A DNA stretch of 64,000 nt from the human T2T-CHM13v2.0 reference genome, Homo sapiens. The translations under genes were made by a program, and so were the position numbers. The stretch is taken from assembly GCF_009914755.1 (NCBI RefSeq), contig NC_060932.1; one strand, 5' to 3'. Each line of letters begins with the position of its first letter. Within the stretch, counting starts at the first letter, position 1. This document shows, piece after piece, positions 12,345 to 26,049 of the stretch. The notes beneath the pieces are model-generated. The model saw nothing but the letters and a program-made list of their open reading frames with translations, did not search any database and had not been told where the DNA came from.

Positions 12345-14075
12345 TGGTTCAATAAATTTTTCTTGACTAGGCCTGGCTTTGTTTCAAGGGCTGGAAATAT
12401 AGCAGTAAACAAACAAAGTCATGGAGTTTACATCCTAATTAGGTGTGGGGAAAGACAGCTAATGAAAAAATACATACATAATGAGAGGTGAAGCTGGCTG
12501 GGCTTCTAGGTTGAGTGGGGACTTGGAGAACTTTTCTGTCTAGCTAAAGGATTGTAAATGTACCAATCATCACTCTGTGTCTAGCTAAAGGTTTGTAAAC
12601 GTACCTATCAGCATTCTGTGTCTAGCTAATCAGGTAGGGGACTTGGAGAACTTTTCTGTCAAGCTAAAGGATTGTAAATGCACCAATCAGCACTCTGTGT
12701 CTAGCTAAAGGTTTGTAAACACACCAATCAGCACTGTCTAAAAACGGACCAATCAGCACTCTGTAAAATGGACCAATCAGCAGGATGTGGGTGGGGCCAA
12801 ATAAGGGAACAAAAGCTGGCCAGCCCAGCCAGTAGTGGCAACCTGCTGGGGTCCCCTTCCACCCTGTGGAAGCTTTGTTCATTCGCTCTTCACAATAAAT
12901 CTTGCTGCTGCTCACTCTTTGGGTCCGCACTGCCTTTATGAGCTGTAACATTCACCGCAAAGGTCTGCAGCTTCACTCCTGAAGCCAGCAAGACCACGAA
13001 CCCACCGGGAGGAATGAGCAACTCTGGGAGGAACGAACAACTCCGGACGCGCCGCCTTTAAGAGCTGTAGCACTCACTGTGAAGATCTGCGGCTTCACTC
13101 CTGAAGTCAGCAAGACCGCAAACCCACCAGAAGGAAGAAACTCTGGACACATCTGAACATCTGAAGGAACAAACTCTGGACACGCCATCTTTAAGAACTT
13201 TAACATTCACCGTGAGGGTCTGCAGCTTCATTCTTGAAGTCAGCAATACCAAGAACCCACCGGAAAAAAACAATTCTGGACACAAGATATCAGGAGAAGA
13301 GAGGTTCCATGAAGGAAAATAAAGTCAGATATGGAAGCTAGAGAGTGAGGTGATGAGGATGACTATTTTGGGATGGAATCATGGAAGACTTTCTGTTATT
13401 TAGGCAGGGGACTAGAGGAAGTGAGTAGATAAACCTTGCAAATATCAGGCAGAAGAGGTGTTCACTTGTGTAAGTCAAGGGTACAAACCCTGAGGTGGAG
13501 CATGCTGGGTGTGCTAAAGCAACAGCGAGGAGGCCAGAGTGCTAGGAGTAGAGGGAATGAGGGAGAGATTCATAGGAAATGGGTCAGAGAGGCAGTGGAG
13601 GCATAGGTAATGAGGAACATGTAGTCCTCATATAAAGGACTCATATACAGGAAACTCATATATTGGAACCACCTATAAAGACTTTGGCTTTTACTCTGAG
13701 ACTGGAAGCAATCAGAAGGTTTTCAGCTGAGGAAAGACATGATTGGATTTATTTTTAACCACATTGTTGTGGCTTCTGGTTTGAGAACAAGAGACCAAGT
13801 ATGGAAGCTGGGGAAATTGTAAGGAAACTGTTGCAAATATACATATATGATGATTGTTTCGACTAAAATCCCCAAGTAGAAGGAAATATTGTGAAGTCGG
13901 GAAAAATTCTAGATATATTTTGATGACAGAAAAAATGGAATTTGCTAATAGAGTGGATATCAGATATAAGAGGAGGAGTGGAATTCAGGATTATATTCAG
14001 AATTTTGGCAAGAACAACTGGAAGAGTGGAGGTGACATTTGCTGAAATGAAGACAGCAAGAGGAATAGGTTTGAG
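12345..14075 (-). mobile_element. L2a, split by the LTR12 insertion
   Basis: L2 3' end before the LTR (ctggaaatatagcagtaaacaaacaaagtcatggagtttacatcc); body resumes at 13285 (aaagactttggcttttactctgag, gacatgattggattt). Confidence 0.75.
12482..13284 (+). mobile_element. Solo LTR12 (ERV9 LTR)
   Basis: Starts tgagaggtgaagctggctgggcttc; tandem ctagctaaagg..ccaatcagcact enhancer units; AATAAA near 12894; U5 repeats gagctgtaacattcaccgc; ends aattctggacaca. Confidence 0.95.
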
Positions 14076-14564
14076 GGTTAGTGTGTTGTGAGGTACTCAA
14101 AATTTCCACCATCTTTAAAGATTTAGAGTGTTCTCAACTGGGTAAGTAGCCTAATTGAAATGAGTATTTGAGTAGCTCTGATTAAATGTTATTTTTAGTT
14201 TACTATTGTTCTCAATCTTATAAGGATACTGAAACAAGTTATTAAGTACTTATTTAAAAAATGCAGGGGATACTCCTGAAAGCAGTCAGAGAAATATAGG
14301 ACTATATTTCCAGTGCATCATTTGTAATTCTGTCTTCTATTTCGCATGTCTCCATGAGTCTTCAAATGACCTGTGATTACATGTTTTGGGCATCAAAAAA
14401 ATGGGCATTTTGGTCTCTACAGTAAAACTTTACTTTTTCTGCACTCAACCTACTTAATCTCCAACAGCGATAACCAAACTATTTTAAAAAATAGAAGTTA
14501 AGGATTTGGAAAGAAGAATCTAACAAATCTAAGTGAGTTGGGCAATTAATGTCTTGAATGCTAA

Positions 14565-14899
<335 letters not shown>

Positions 14900-16263
14900 T
14901 TAAAATCTCTGCTAATGTTACAATATTGTGATGTTGTTGCTAAGCTTTATTTTATTTATTTTATTTTTTCATAGGAAGGGGAAGGGACACTGTCACTTTT
15001 TGCTCCCAATCTCCTTGAACATATCTGACATCTTCATGACTGCATTTTTATAATTCCATTGTTTTTCCTTACAGAGAATAGTTGGTTTGTATTTCTAGTT
15101 TCATTTGATGCTTTTATTTAAAGAAAATTCTGTCTGAAACAAAGAGGCAGTGAAAATTAATTTAATCTGAACAAGCTGAAAGAAGCTCATTTCTAACCGT
15201 TCAGGAAAGCACATTTAAAACATACCAGATTTGTTACAAAGCTTATGTGTATTCTAATGAAAAAAGAAAACTCAAATCCAGACTTCCATTTATATGTACA
15301 ATCCATTTGAGATAGGAGAAAAAATGTAAAGCAGTCATATTATACATGCCACAGGTAGGAATAGAAATAAAAAGCATTAGCAGGGACTTGATAGAAAATG
15401 TAGTAAAAGTTGATTTATGTACTACAAGGGTTGAAGTGAAGGGTCCTTAAGGGGACCAGAAGTCAAAAAACCAATATACTATTAATGCAAAAGAAAAAAA
15501 CTCCACATTCAGATACACAGGGAAGATGAAAGCACAGGCCCTGCAGAAAAGAAAAAAGAATCTTATTGATAGGAATTTTATAAGGGACTCAAAATATACT
15601 TAATCTATAAATACAAAAGAAAATTCAATTAAACTTAAGTTTGAGAGTGGATATTTAATTTCAGTTCACTATTTTAATTTCTTGCTAATAAAGTTGAAGG
15701 ATTTTTCCATGTGAGAGACTATTTTTTAAAAATCCTTGACTGAAACTGAATAAGAAGGAAGACAGGATTAGATATTTAAAAATAAATAAATAATGGTAAA
15801 AATAATTAATCTAAATAATAAAGCGGGCTGCAGCATAACCAAACACCTCGGTAGTATTTGTGGTTAAGGAAAGATTAATTTTTTTCCCCAAATTTTCCCT
15901 AAGTAGTCCAATTATCTTAGTATAAACTATTAATGGGCAATGATTTAAATAGACATTGAAATCAAAATACTCCTTAAATGTCCACACTTAATTTGTATGT
16001 CTGCTTATTGTTAAAATTTGCATAAGAAAGTAAAGCTCACAGGTTTAGAATAGATAATTAAAAACATATTTTAGCAGGGTTATTGAAATCCTTTTGAAGG
16101 GTTGATATCAGTCAACTTTGATCATTTCTCTGGATGATTTAAAAAGGATGCCCCTAGGTTTATTTCAGATTGTCAAAGTCCAAAATATAAATGCAATAAA
16201 TATAAAGCTTTGATTAGCCTATAAGAATAAGATAGAGATGAAGGCGATGTTACATGAATATAC

Positions 16264-16651
16264 TAATATGCTTTGGGTCTGTGTCCCCGCCCAAATCTCA
16301 TGTCTAGTTGTAATCCTCAGCATTGGAAGCAGGACCTGATAGGTGGTGATTGGATTATGGGGGGCAGATTTCCCCTTTGGTGTTGTTCTCATGATAGTGA
16401 GTGAGTTCTTGTGAGATCTGGTTGTTCAAAAGTGTGTAGCACGTCCTCTCTCCCTTTCTTCCCCCTGTCCAGCCATGTAAGACGAGCCTGCTTCCCCTTC
16501 AACTTCTTCCATAATTGTAAATTTTCTGAGGCCTCCCCACCCATGCTTCCTTTACAGGCTGTGGAACTGTGAGCCAATTAAAACCCCTTTTCTTTATAAA
16601 TTACCCTGTCTTGGATATGTCTTTATAACAATGAGAGAACAGACTAATGTA
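16264..16651 (+). mobile_element. MSTA-like MaLR solo LTR
   Basis: taatatgctttgggtctgtgtccccgcccaaatctcatg start; gaactgtgagccaattaaa; ends gaacagactaatgta. Confidence 0.9.
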
Positions 16652-16967
16652 CATATCACATTTGATACTCTAAGAGATCATTGTTATGCCACAGTTTTAA
16701 GAAAATGTATGCCAGGCAGAAAATAGAAGAAAAGCTCAGGATAATGAATGAAAATGTTAAAACTTAGTCTTGGTGCTTATGATTGAATTATGTAAATACT
16801 TGAAACTAACATCATATAATAGATGTGGCCATAACTTAGCCCTCCCAAAAATTCAATATGATGGCAAATACCACCTTTTTATATATGGAGAAACTGAGGA
16901 ACAGCAAGTTAAAAAGTTGTAAAACATTTGTCCAGGGTCAGTGATTCCTTAAAGGCTCAAACTCTAG

Positions 16968-17459
16968 TGTGATGGTTAATTTTATATGTCAACTTAACTG
17001 AGCTAAGGGATGTCCAGATAGCTGGTAAAGCATTATTTCTGAGTGTGTCTGTGAAGGTGTTTCCAGAGGAGGTTAGCATTTGAATCAGTAGACTGAGTAA
17101 AGAAGATCCACCTTTATCTATGTGGGCAGACATCACCCAATCCATCGAGGACCTAAACAGAACAAAAAGATAGAGGCAGGATGAATTCTCTCCATTTTTT
17201 CTTGATCTGGGATATCCATTTTCTTCTGCCTTTGGATATTGGAACCCCTGGTTCTGAGGCCTTTGGACTGGGACTCACTGACACCATCAGCTTTCCTAGT
17301 TCTCAGTTTACAGTTGGCAGGTGGTGGAACTTCTCAGCCTCTATAACCACAGGAGCCAATTTCCATAATACATCTCCTCCTATATACCTATATCTGCATC
17401 TATAAAAATAGCTATCTCCTATTAGTTTTGTTTCCCTCTGGGGAATCCTGATTAAAACA
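16968..17459 (+). mobile_element. MLT2 (C/D-like) ERVL solo LTR
   Basis: tgtgatggttaattttatatgtcaactt start, gaatcctgattaaaaca end, 5-bp TSD tctag/tctgg. Confidence 0.9.
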
Positions 17460-20164
17460 TCTGGTAACATGGAGAACTTTGCAAGCCATTCACCACCACC
17501 CTGACAATCCATCACTTCCTTTTAAGCCTCAGGGGCTGGGTCAGTATTTCATCCCATGAGATGCAAATTGGGGCATTTGCTTCAAATTACACCTGCTGAC
17601 CTCAGGACTCTAAACTGAAGATATTAGACGCTGATTTTCAGTTTCCTCCACCTCCCCCACATTCTTGCCCTCCAATTTGTGGATAACCTGTGGCTCTATA
17701 AGCATTATGTTTCAAGTTTATGTGAGTTTCTTAAGTGCCTGTTGTCCATCCTTTATCACCAATCTTATCTCTTATTGGTAACATTATCTCCGAATTTGAA
17801 AGCCTGAAAAAAAAATGCTCTGGTGGCAGTTTAATTCTGTGTAAGATTTCTTACTCATTAATGTATTATTATTAATATTTATTCAGTGTTTTCAATTTAA
17901 TGGCAAAGTGAGACAAACCAAACTTTCTCTTCCAGAAGAAACTAGACATAGATAGTCTTGAGTCATTGAGCCAAATAACGAAGGAGAGAAAGCCTTTGTA
18001 GAAATTAACTTAGGAAACTAAAAAAAAAAAAAAAATCATTTTTGCTAACTTCATTTTTAATTTTTGGGGTGGATAAATTCATAATAGATTTGTTCTTGAA
18101 ATGAATATTAAAGAAACTGCAGTAGCTCCCTAAATCCCACTGGAAGAAGAGACCATCAATACTAAGAGATATCAGGTGTACCATTTCTAACCAACTGCCT
18201 AATATTACTATTATTCAAAGAGGTAGCACTTCAGCTACCAATATGGCATAAAGGAATTGTCCTGTGGCATAATCCACCAAAGTGATTATGAATTAAATTT
18301 AGAATAAAAAGTCAGAGGAGGGAAGGAATAAACTCCACCTGAGAACAACTGCTTAATTACTTGACCGAATTTAGAGACTGGAAAGCATAACACAGAATTA
18401 GCACATGTGCACCTATTGAACATTTCTTTAAGAGGAAATTCCCTCATGATAAGAAATGGCCTGCCTATTTGCTGCCCAGGGAACATGAAGTTTCTGCTCT
18501 TGCTGCTCTTCTCTGGAAAGCAGGGCTGAACAGCCATTTTTCTTGCCCTGTTGATTTGCAGTTTGATAGTCAATGTGACCTCAAGCTAAGCATAAACTCC
18601 ATGTTATTCTAACAGAGACCATGCCAAAGTGTATGGAAAGAAACAGAGCCAAGTACAGATAAAAAAAGCAAACATTAAGACAAGAAAAACTTCCAAGGTT
18701 CAGAGGATCGTGTCTTTGGGGAACACTTCCTACAAAATGGCATGCCTTCAAATTACACTAAGGACATTTGCAGGAGGCAGTTTTATAGTCATCCATTTGC
18801 CATTCTTAGTAGCATTTACAAACAAGGCGCCCAGGAAGAAGACATATATATGCAGGAGAGTCACTATATGAAACACTCACATTTCACTTTTCCTTCTTCA
18901 ATAGTTAGAAGGATATTTTTCTGGCTGGTTGATTTACAGAAATATTTTTTTCCTGAGTAAATCTCTGCCTATTAAATCCCAGTGACACTCTGCATGGGAA
19001 AACACATCTGATCAGCTAAAGATGTCTATCTTTCTTATAAATGCAGCAAAAAAAAGAAAAAAGATAGAAAGAAATTGTAACCAAAAATATTTAGTGATCT
19101 TTAAAATATCATAAATTGCCAGTAACTAATGGCTGGTGTATTGATTAATAGCTTGAAGTACATAGTGGGCGGTTAATGCTATAACAAACCCCTCTGGGAT
19201 TTATTACACCAATAATTCGGTGAAACTACTAAGTTTCAAGAACCTATTGCTGAAATAAACCATATTCTTTAGCACCCACCAGCAGTGGTATTTATATACA
19301 TACATATATATTTCCCTTCTTAAATAAATTGTTTGTGTGGGAAATTGATCATTTATATTTGCCCAGTCAGAAAATGTGAACATTTAAATGGTTTATCACT
19401 AGATGATGTGATCTTGCAAACTCTGTAAGTTGTTTTTATTTTTTTTAATCTTCTCACCTCCCTCTCAGGAACAAATGCCAGAAGCACTGAGATGCAAACT
19501 AGCTCAGTACAGTACTGGAAGAGCTAGTGCTAATCAAAGAGCTCTGACTTGAACCAGGCCTTAGAAGGAGAAGGTATTAAGGACTAATGCATTAATCTGT
19601 TAAGCCCCTGTGTCAGCTAGGAGGAAGAAAAAGAAAAAGAAAAAGAAAGAAAAGCACTGTTTAGTGGTGTGCCCTTAACAGGATATACTGGAGACTGAAC
19701 TTGAACTTGGGAGGCAGTAGGGATGAAGAATCGCTTTTGAAGCTAGGTATACAGTGGAGAACACAGGGAAGCCAAGTCAGAATTGTAAGTAGTGTATGGC
19801 CTTCACCATGGTGTGGAATCCAAGCTGTTTGCATATTCAAGGAAGTTAAATATAGCAGTTGACAAATTTTGCTGCATATACTGAGAACCCTGGAAGGCAT
19901 TGGAAAATACAAAAATAATGTCTAACTTTTAGTTACTTCTAAGTACTAAAGCCAACTCTCCTTGCCTTGCAGGCTGCTGCATCTCTTCTCTTCCCAAGGC
20001 TTGAGAAAGTAGATGCCCCCATGGAGGCTCAGCCCCATTCCTGCTCAGTGATAATGCCACTTTGTGAGTTTCAACCATGTACCGCCTCATAGGCCTCTGT
20101 GTCTGTTCTTCACTTAATTTATGAAAGGCAAGCATTTTTATCTCCACACTATGCTCTCCCTTTT

Positions 20165-20265
20165 TATAAGCTAAGTAACTTGAAGCTGTCACACAGCTAG
20201 TACAGTACAGATATAGGATTGAAATCTGGGTCCAAACTCTACACATTTTCCAACCACACTGCTAT
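20165..20265 (-). mobile_element. MIR fragment
   Basis: taagtaacttgaagctgtcacacagctagt..ggattgaaatctgggtc. Confidence 0.6.
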
Positions 20266-20544
20266 GGGCCAGCAATAAGTTATCCTCACTGTCACCATGC
20301 TCCTGTGTGGGTGCCTGTTTAAGGTATCTGGGTTTCTGCCTCATTTGTGTGTTATGGTTCTATGCATTATGGAAAATTGGGACTCTTTCTTCGTCATTTT
20401 TTTATAACTTGCAGAGTATTTCAGGCATATTTTCTCCATATCCCTGTCCTTCACTTTTAGCCACCAAGGGTTACATGGTTCATGAAAAGTAGTGATAATT
20501 GTTTTTTCATCCTGAGTCAGGGACCCTGCTAAGTCCTTTAAGGA

Positions 20545-20780
20545 CATTGTCTCATTTACTCTTCACAGCTACCTTATAAAGTATGTATGTGTATATGTGT
20601 GTATAGATGTGTGCATATAAGTACACATTGTAACTATTTCAGGATGGAGGAATAAAAGCTTCAACATGTCAAGTAATTTGCCCAAGGCCATGTAGTTGGT
20701 AAAGCCATAGAGTGAGGATCTAAACTTAGGTCCACCTGACTCCAAATTGCAAACTTCCAGCTACCATGCTATACAGCTTC
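20545..20780 (-). mobile_element. MIR
   Basis: aagtaatttgcccaaggccatgtagttggtaaa..ctgactccaaa. Confidence 0.65.
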
Positions 20781-22241
20781 CTTCTCATGCCTCTTCCCAG
20801 GGACAAGAAACCAACCTTTAACTCTAACAGAGTGACTAGGGCCTTCCTGGCCCAACTGCCTGCATATTGCCCATTATTGTGTTTCACTTACCTTCCTAGG
20901 TTTGAGGTCACTTCGTAAGATTTAGGCCCAGTACCCAAGTTTAGCATATTGATCTTCTCCCCATGGTGCAGAGTGCTCTGTATAGCAGACTAAGGCTTCC
21001 TTCAGTACCTGCAGGTGAGGCTGAGCCCGAAGGATCTATCCCATCAAATGTGTAGACCTAGGGTCTCTTCCACTCCCTTTAGTTTTGCGTGGATATACCC
21101 AGACCATTTTTATATGAAGAAATCCTCCCTTTCCAAACTCCTTATTCCAACTTGCGAAGGAGTCAAGTGGGAAAAATTCCAATGAACGTTGTGAGTTGAC
21201 TCTGTGTTTGCCACGGTTCTTCCACAGAGAAATGGGAAGTGAGCCTGATCATCTCCTTTCCCAGGCCATGCTCTCCTCTTGCTTCCCTCATCAGCGCAAA
21301 GCCCATTCTGCTGGACCTGCTGTGCATACATTTCTCTAGATGATTGGCTTCTTTAGGACCGTAACAGAGACTTTTTTGTTTACGTCTTGTGCCTCCTGCT
21401 CTGCAGCTCAGAACTGGTGTTCAACAAGTACCTGTAGATATTTAAAAAATGAAAGAATAATGACAACATGAAATAGGGGCAAAAACAGAAGGCACAAAGT
21501 CTACTGCTGTCTGTAGTTTTAGAGTCAGCTTCTTTAGTAGCCATAGGAATTACCCACATATCCTCCCAACATTGACTTCAAGAAATGAGAGAGCAAAAGA
21601 AAGAGAAAAGAGGAATTGGGAGAGAATGAGATTTTTATTTTCTCTGATCAAAAAGGTCTATTATAGAGTCTCTCTCTTTATCCTGCAAAATCCCTAGCCA
21701 TAACCAAAGCACACTCCCCAAACCAGACCCTATCCAATGTACCCACATGAATTGCCATCTTTTTTCAATCATCTTCTTGCTTCTGTATATTCCTTTCCCA
21801 TTTCTTTTTTAAGGCCTTTCTGCTTTTCATCTAAATTAGGCCCACCAGCAGCTTTTCTCACATAGTAGATATGGTTCCTAAAACGATCAGTAGAAATCAG
21901 AGCTCTGTAATAGGAATTATAGGTTGACGTCATTTTAGGGATTCCTAACTTTTCAGGTCTGACTCTCCTCAGCCAGCATCGTTTGTCATCATTTCAGTTG
22001 AAAGGTTCTCTGCTCCAGAGCTTCCACATTTAATAATTAGTGGTCTGTAAAACACTTGAGAGCACTGGAGGAGTTCTCTGTTGAAAGAAAATACAGGGAT
22101 TAAAAATAGAAAATCATTGCCCTTCCATTCTTGAATCTTATAAGTGGGAATCAAAGAGACTTGGCGGTTGGCAGGAGGAGTTGTGGGAAAGCACATTCTA
22201 GGGAAAGGGCAATGGTGTCAGTAACTGATAAGTGGAAATTC

Positions 22242-22775
22242 CAGTGAACCAAGAATTATCTAGAAAATTATTTAGGGATGTAGGTATCAAGCCACATTTT
22301 GAGATCCTGATTTAGAAGTCCTGGGATCAGGCCCAGAAATCCATTTTTAGGAAGCATTTCCAGACAACTCTGATTATAGTCAGAAGACAATACTTTGAGA
22401 ATCACTAGAGCATAATATTGTAGCACAGTACTTCTGAAGCTTTAATATACTTGAGAATTGCTGCCCCTCCCCATTAAAACTTGCCAATATATAAATTCCA
22501 AGAGAACCTGATTCCAAAGGTCTAGAGATCTAATAATTTGTTATTTCTAACAAGATCCGTAAACCATACATTGTAACTGTCACTGATACAACACAATAGT
22601 TCTCAAATTTGGCCATATAATGAATCACCTAGGAAGTTTAAAAAAAAAACTGATACCTTGATACTACCCCTAAAGACTCTAATTTAATTGATCCTTAAAG
22701 ATTCTAATTTAATTGGTCCTTAATCTGAACGTCAGGATTTTTTTTAATTTCCCAAGTTATTTTAATGTGAAGCAC
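22242..22775. mobile_element. Three adjacent MER5-family MITEs (about 22242-22406, 22426-22585, 22594-22775)
   Basis: TIR-like ends ctttgagaatcact, cagtacttctgaagc..gtcactg and caatagttctcaaattt; internal gaatcacctaggaag and ggcccagaaatccatttt. Confidence 0.65.
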
Positions 22776-22816
22776 ACAAATGTCTCTCGCATGGCAAGTT
22801 TTATTCAGTACCTGCT

Positions 22817-23195
22817 GTATTGGTCAGATCGGTTAGCTGCTGTAGCAATCTAAATCTCAGTGGCCTACCACAAGAAAGATTTATTTTTTGTTTACACAAA
22901 GTTTAATGCGGATGTCTCTGTTGGGATGGTTTTCCAGGAAGCCCTCCTCCAAGCTATGATTCAGAGACCCAAGTATTTTTCACTTTGTGGCTCTGCCATC
23001 TTCTGGTTCTGGGGTCATTTTGGTATCATCTGGCTAAAACCCTGGGGGAAGAGAGAAAGAGAAAGGTGGTTAAGATTCTTAACAATCTCAGTCCTTCCAT
23101 CAGCCTGAAGCGTCACGTGATTGATCTAACTGCAAAGGAGACTGAGGAAGGTGACGTAGCACATGGATATAAGTGAGCATTAATAGTTTCTGTCT
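22817..23195 (-). mobile_element. LTR33-like ancient ERVL LTR
   Basis: tgtattggtcag..gctgctgtagcaa..aaatctcagtggc; gattcagagaccca..ttgtggctctgccatc. Confidence 0.55.
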
Positions 23196-26049
23196 CTTTG
23201 GCTGTGTTCCAGGCACTATGCTAGATGTCAGAAGGTGATGCAAAGAAGAATGTAAGCCATAATGCTGAGTTTAGAATTTTTTGTTTTGTTTTGTTTTTAT
23301 AGCAATCAACCTCTTTGGTCAATTCAGCAAGTACTGAGTATATCTCACGTCGGCTTTGCTTCTGGAAACTGAGCGGTTATCATCATTCTTATCTCCATTT
23401 GGCCCCAAATACTCCAGTTCAAAAATCAGTTTGAGTAAAGTCCATTAACAGAGAATAACTCAGTGCAGTAGGATATGTCAGCTAGCATATAACTCTATTA
23501 AATCTACTTTTTCGTTTTGGCACATCATGGTACAGTCTTGAGTTAGACCCCTGATTTCCATATCAGCAAAACAGAAACAATAGTCTTTTTCTTCCAGAGT
23601 CATTTTGAGAATTAGAAAAAAAAAAAAGTGCTAATTATTCAGTAGGCCCTTGATATATGTGCACTATCATATTCTTATATATTGCATTATTACATATTCT
23701 TATATTATTATTGAAGAATTCTTAAAACTGCTTCATGGGTTTCCTCCAACAAGACTTCAGATCCTTGACAGAATGGACCATAGCTCACAATTTTTTCATC
23801 TACCATAGTGCTTGGTAAGTGATGGAAATAGAAAAGTTCATTTATAAGCACTTACTGAGTTGGGTTCACTAGAGGCAAGTCTGAGAGCCTGGGGCTGGCA
23901 GCTGTCTTAGAAGTTTCCTGAGAACTATTGTTCCTAAGATGGGCACTCCTATGAGGAAAAGTACTATAAAAATCCCCAAGGAACAAATATGGTAAAGTGT
24001 AGCTCTTGCAAAATGACAGCAATTTAAGTTTCATGAAAATGTCCACCCTTAATTATCTTCAAAATGTTCTGGGGTTCAGACTTCCCCATTAGTTCTAATC
24101 AGCCCTTCGCTTTTAACATTGAGCAATTACTTAACAAAAAAAGAATCCCCAATTGTGGACTCCATCATTACAACAGCCCATTTTATAGAGAAGGATCTAT
24201 ACTCTTAAGAGGGTAAGTGCCCACGTTCACAGATGTCTAAAAGTGGAAGAATCAAGATTCAAGTCCCATTTTCCTGCATACAAGCCATATGTATCTCAAA
24301 CTGGGGATGCATCTACCCTCTAACAGTAAACAGTAGTCAGCACAAGTGTGCCAGGATAAAAATGGCACACCTGCCCGAAATGTCAATTAAAATATTAAGG
24401 CATTTTGTATATACAGAAAGACAGATATATCATGATGTAGAATGCAAATTTTCCATAATATATGATCACAAAGAAATTTAAAATTTGTGGTGGACTGCTT
24501 TCGACAATGCCTCTAGACCCCTGGGGCCACTCATGTTTGCTTCTCAGGAAACACGTAAGAAGAACTGCCCTTCTATGTGCCATAAAGGGCCATTATGAAA
24601 TGCCAAGTAGAGCCTATTATTTGAGCCCAGTACTGGAAATCTGTCTGTAAAACTCTGTTCAGATGCAATAATGATTTAGGCAGGTTTGACTTCCCAGAAA
24701 TGAAGGGAAGTGCTGAAAATAAATAGAAGATAATAAATCTCTTAATGGGGCAAAGGGGAAAAATAAAGCAAATTATGTTTTATCTGGCAAAGATATCATG
24801 GTCTTTTTTTTGTAATCTTCATTTTTCCTTTCTGTAGAAAGCAGTTAGTTCAAAATTAAAGAAAATTTGGATTACAGCTTGTAACACGGTGTCCCAGTTG
24901 AGCCTAACCTGGGACACAGAAAGTAACCATTTGCAGAAACCAGTGGGCCAGTGACCACTCTAGTCATTTATTTATATAAATGCATAAATATAAGCTATGT
25001 GAGCTATTGCTGGTACAAGGACATCTGAGTTGCTCCTCCTGTCTGTGGGCCCTGGGGGAATTAGGTACAGAAGGAGTAGTCACTAAGAGCAAAGGAGTTT
25101 CATTTATCTCTTATCTAATTTAACCTTATTCCAACTTGCAATGCAGAGCTCTAGTAAAGCAGGCTTGTGATAGATAGCTTTCCCTAAAAGCCAATGAGGG
25201 TCTCTGCCATCCCCTGAGCTCACATCCAAATCTTGTAATTTGACTACTCCTGAGCTTACTCCATGATACTGGAGATAGAAGAAGAAACAATGCACATGCT
25301 CAAAATGACATGAATGAAAAATGAAAATAAAAAATAAAGAACCTCGCATATCTTTTAATAGAGAGTAACCCTACCCAGTCATGCAAGTGACCCTGTTTAT
25401 ATCCTGAAATGAGAATTTGATTACCAGTTGCTCCTCCTAGGTGTTAAAGGAGTTAGAAGAGAGGCAGGATAGAGATGGGAAGAGAGACCCAATCTCAGGA
25501 AGAAGGAAATTTTGGACACAAATTTGAGTGCTAAGGACAGAAATTGGAGGGATGCAGATACTGGGAAGTATTTGTTTCGGGGTACAATAGTATTTTTATC
25601 CCCATTCCCCCTTTTGCCTCCATCTTCCGTTTTTGAGCTCAGACAAGAATGGGGCAAGAAATTAAATTAAACTCATTGAAGAGCATGTGAGACTGTAAGC
25701 ATGATCAGGACCACTTTGGGGTCCAGGGCCATGAGAAATGAAATGTGGAATTTGTGAGAAACAAGAGAAACATTTTTATCTGACCCTCACCCTCAAACTA
25801 CCAAAGACCACAGATATGAGATGCTCAGGTCCAGGAGTAGTAATTCCTAGTGTAGTGGCTGTGCCAGAAGAGCAGGGCATTCCCCAAAAAAAACACAGAT
25901 GCTAAAGCAATGGTGAGGCCCTTTGGCACATAGGATGCAATGGAGAATTAATGGACTCATTCTTGAATACAAGTAAAATGTCTTTAGAGATTAGGAAAAA
26001 TTGTTGAGAGAGCTTTTGAGAGCTGGTGATAATGATGAACACATGTGTG

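Noticed and set aside
12940-13284. Repeated units gagctgtaacattcacc..gaacccacc
   Set aside because: Normal LTR12 U5 tandem repeats.
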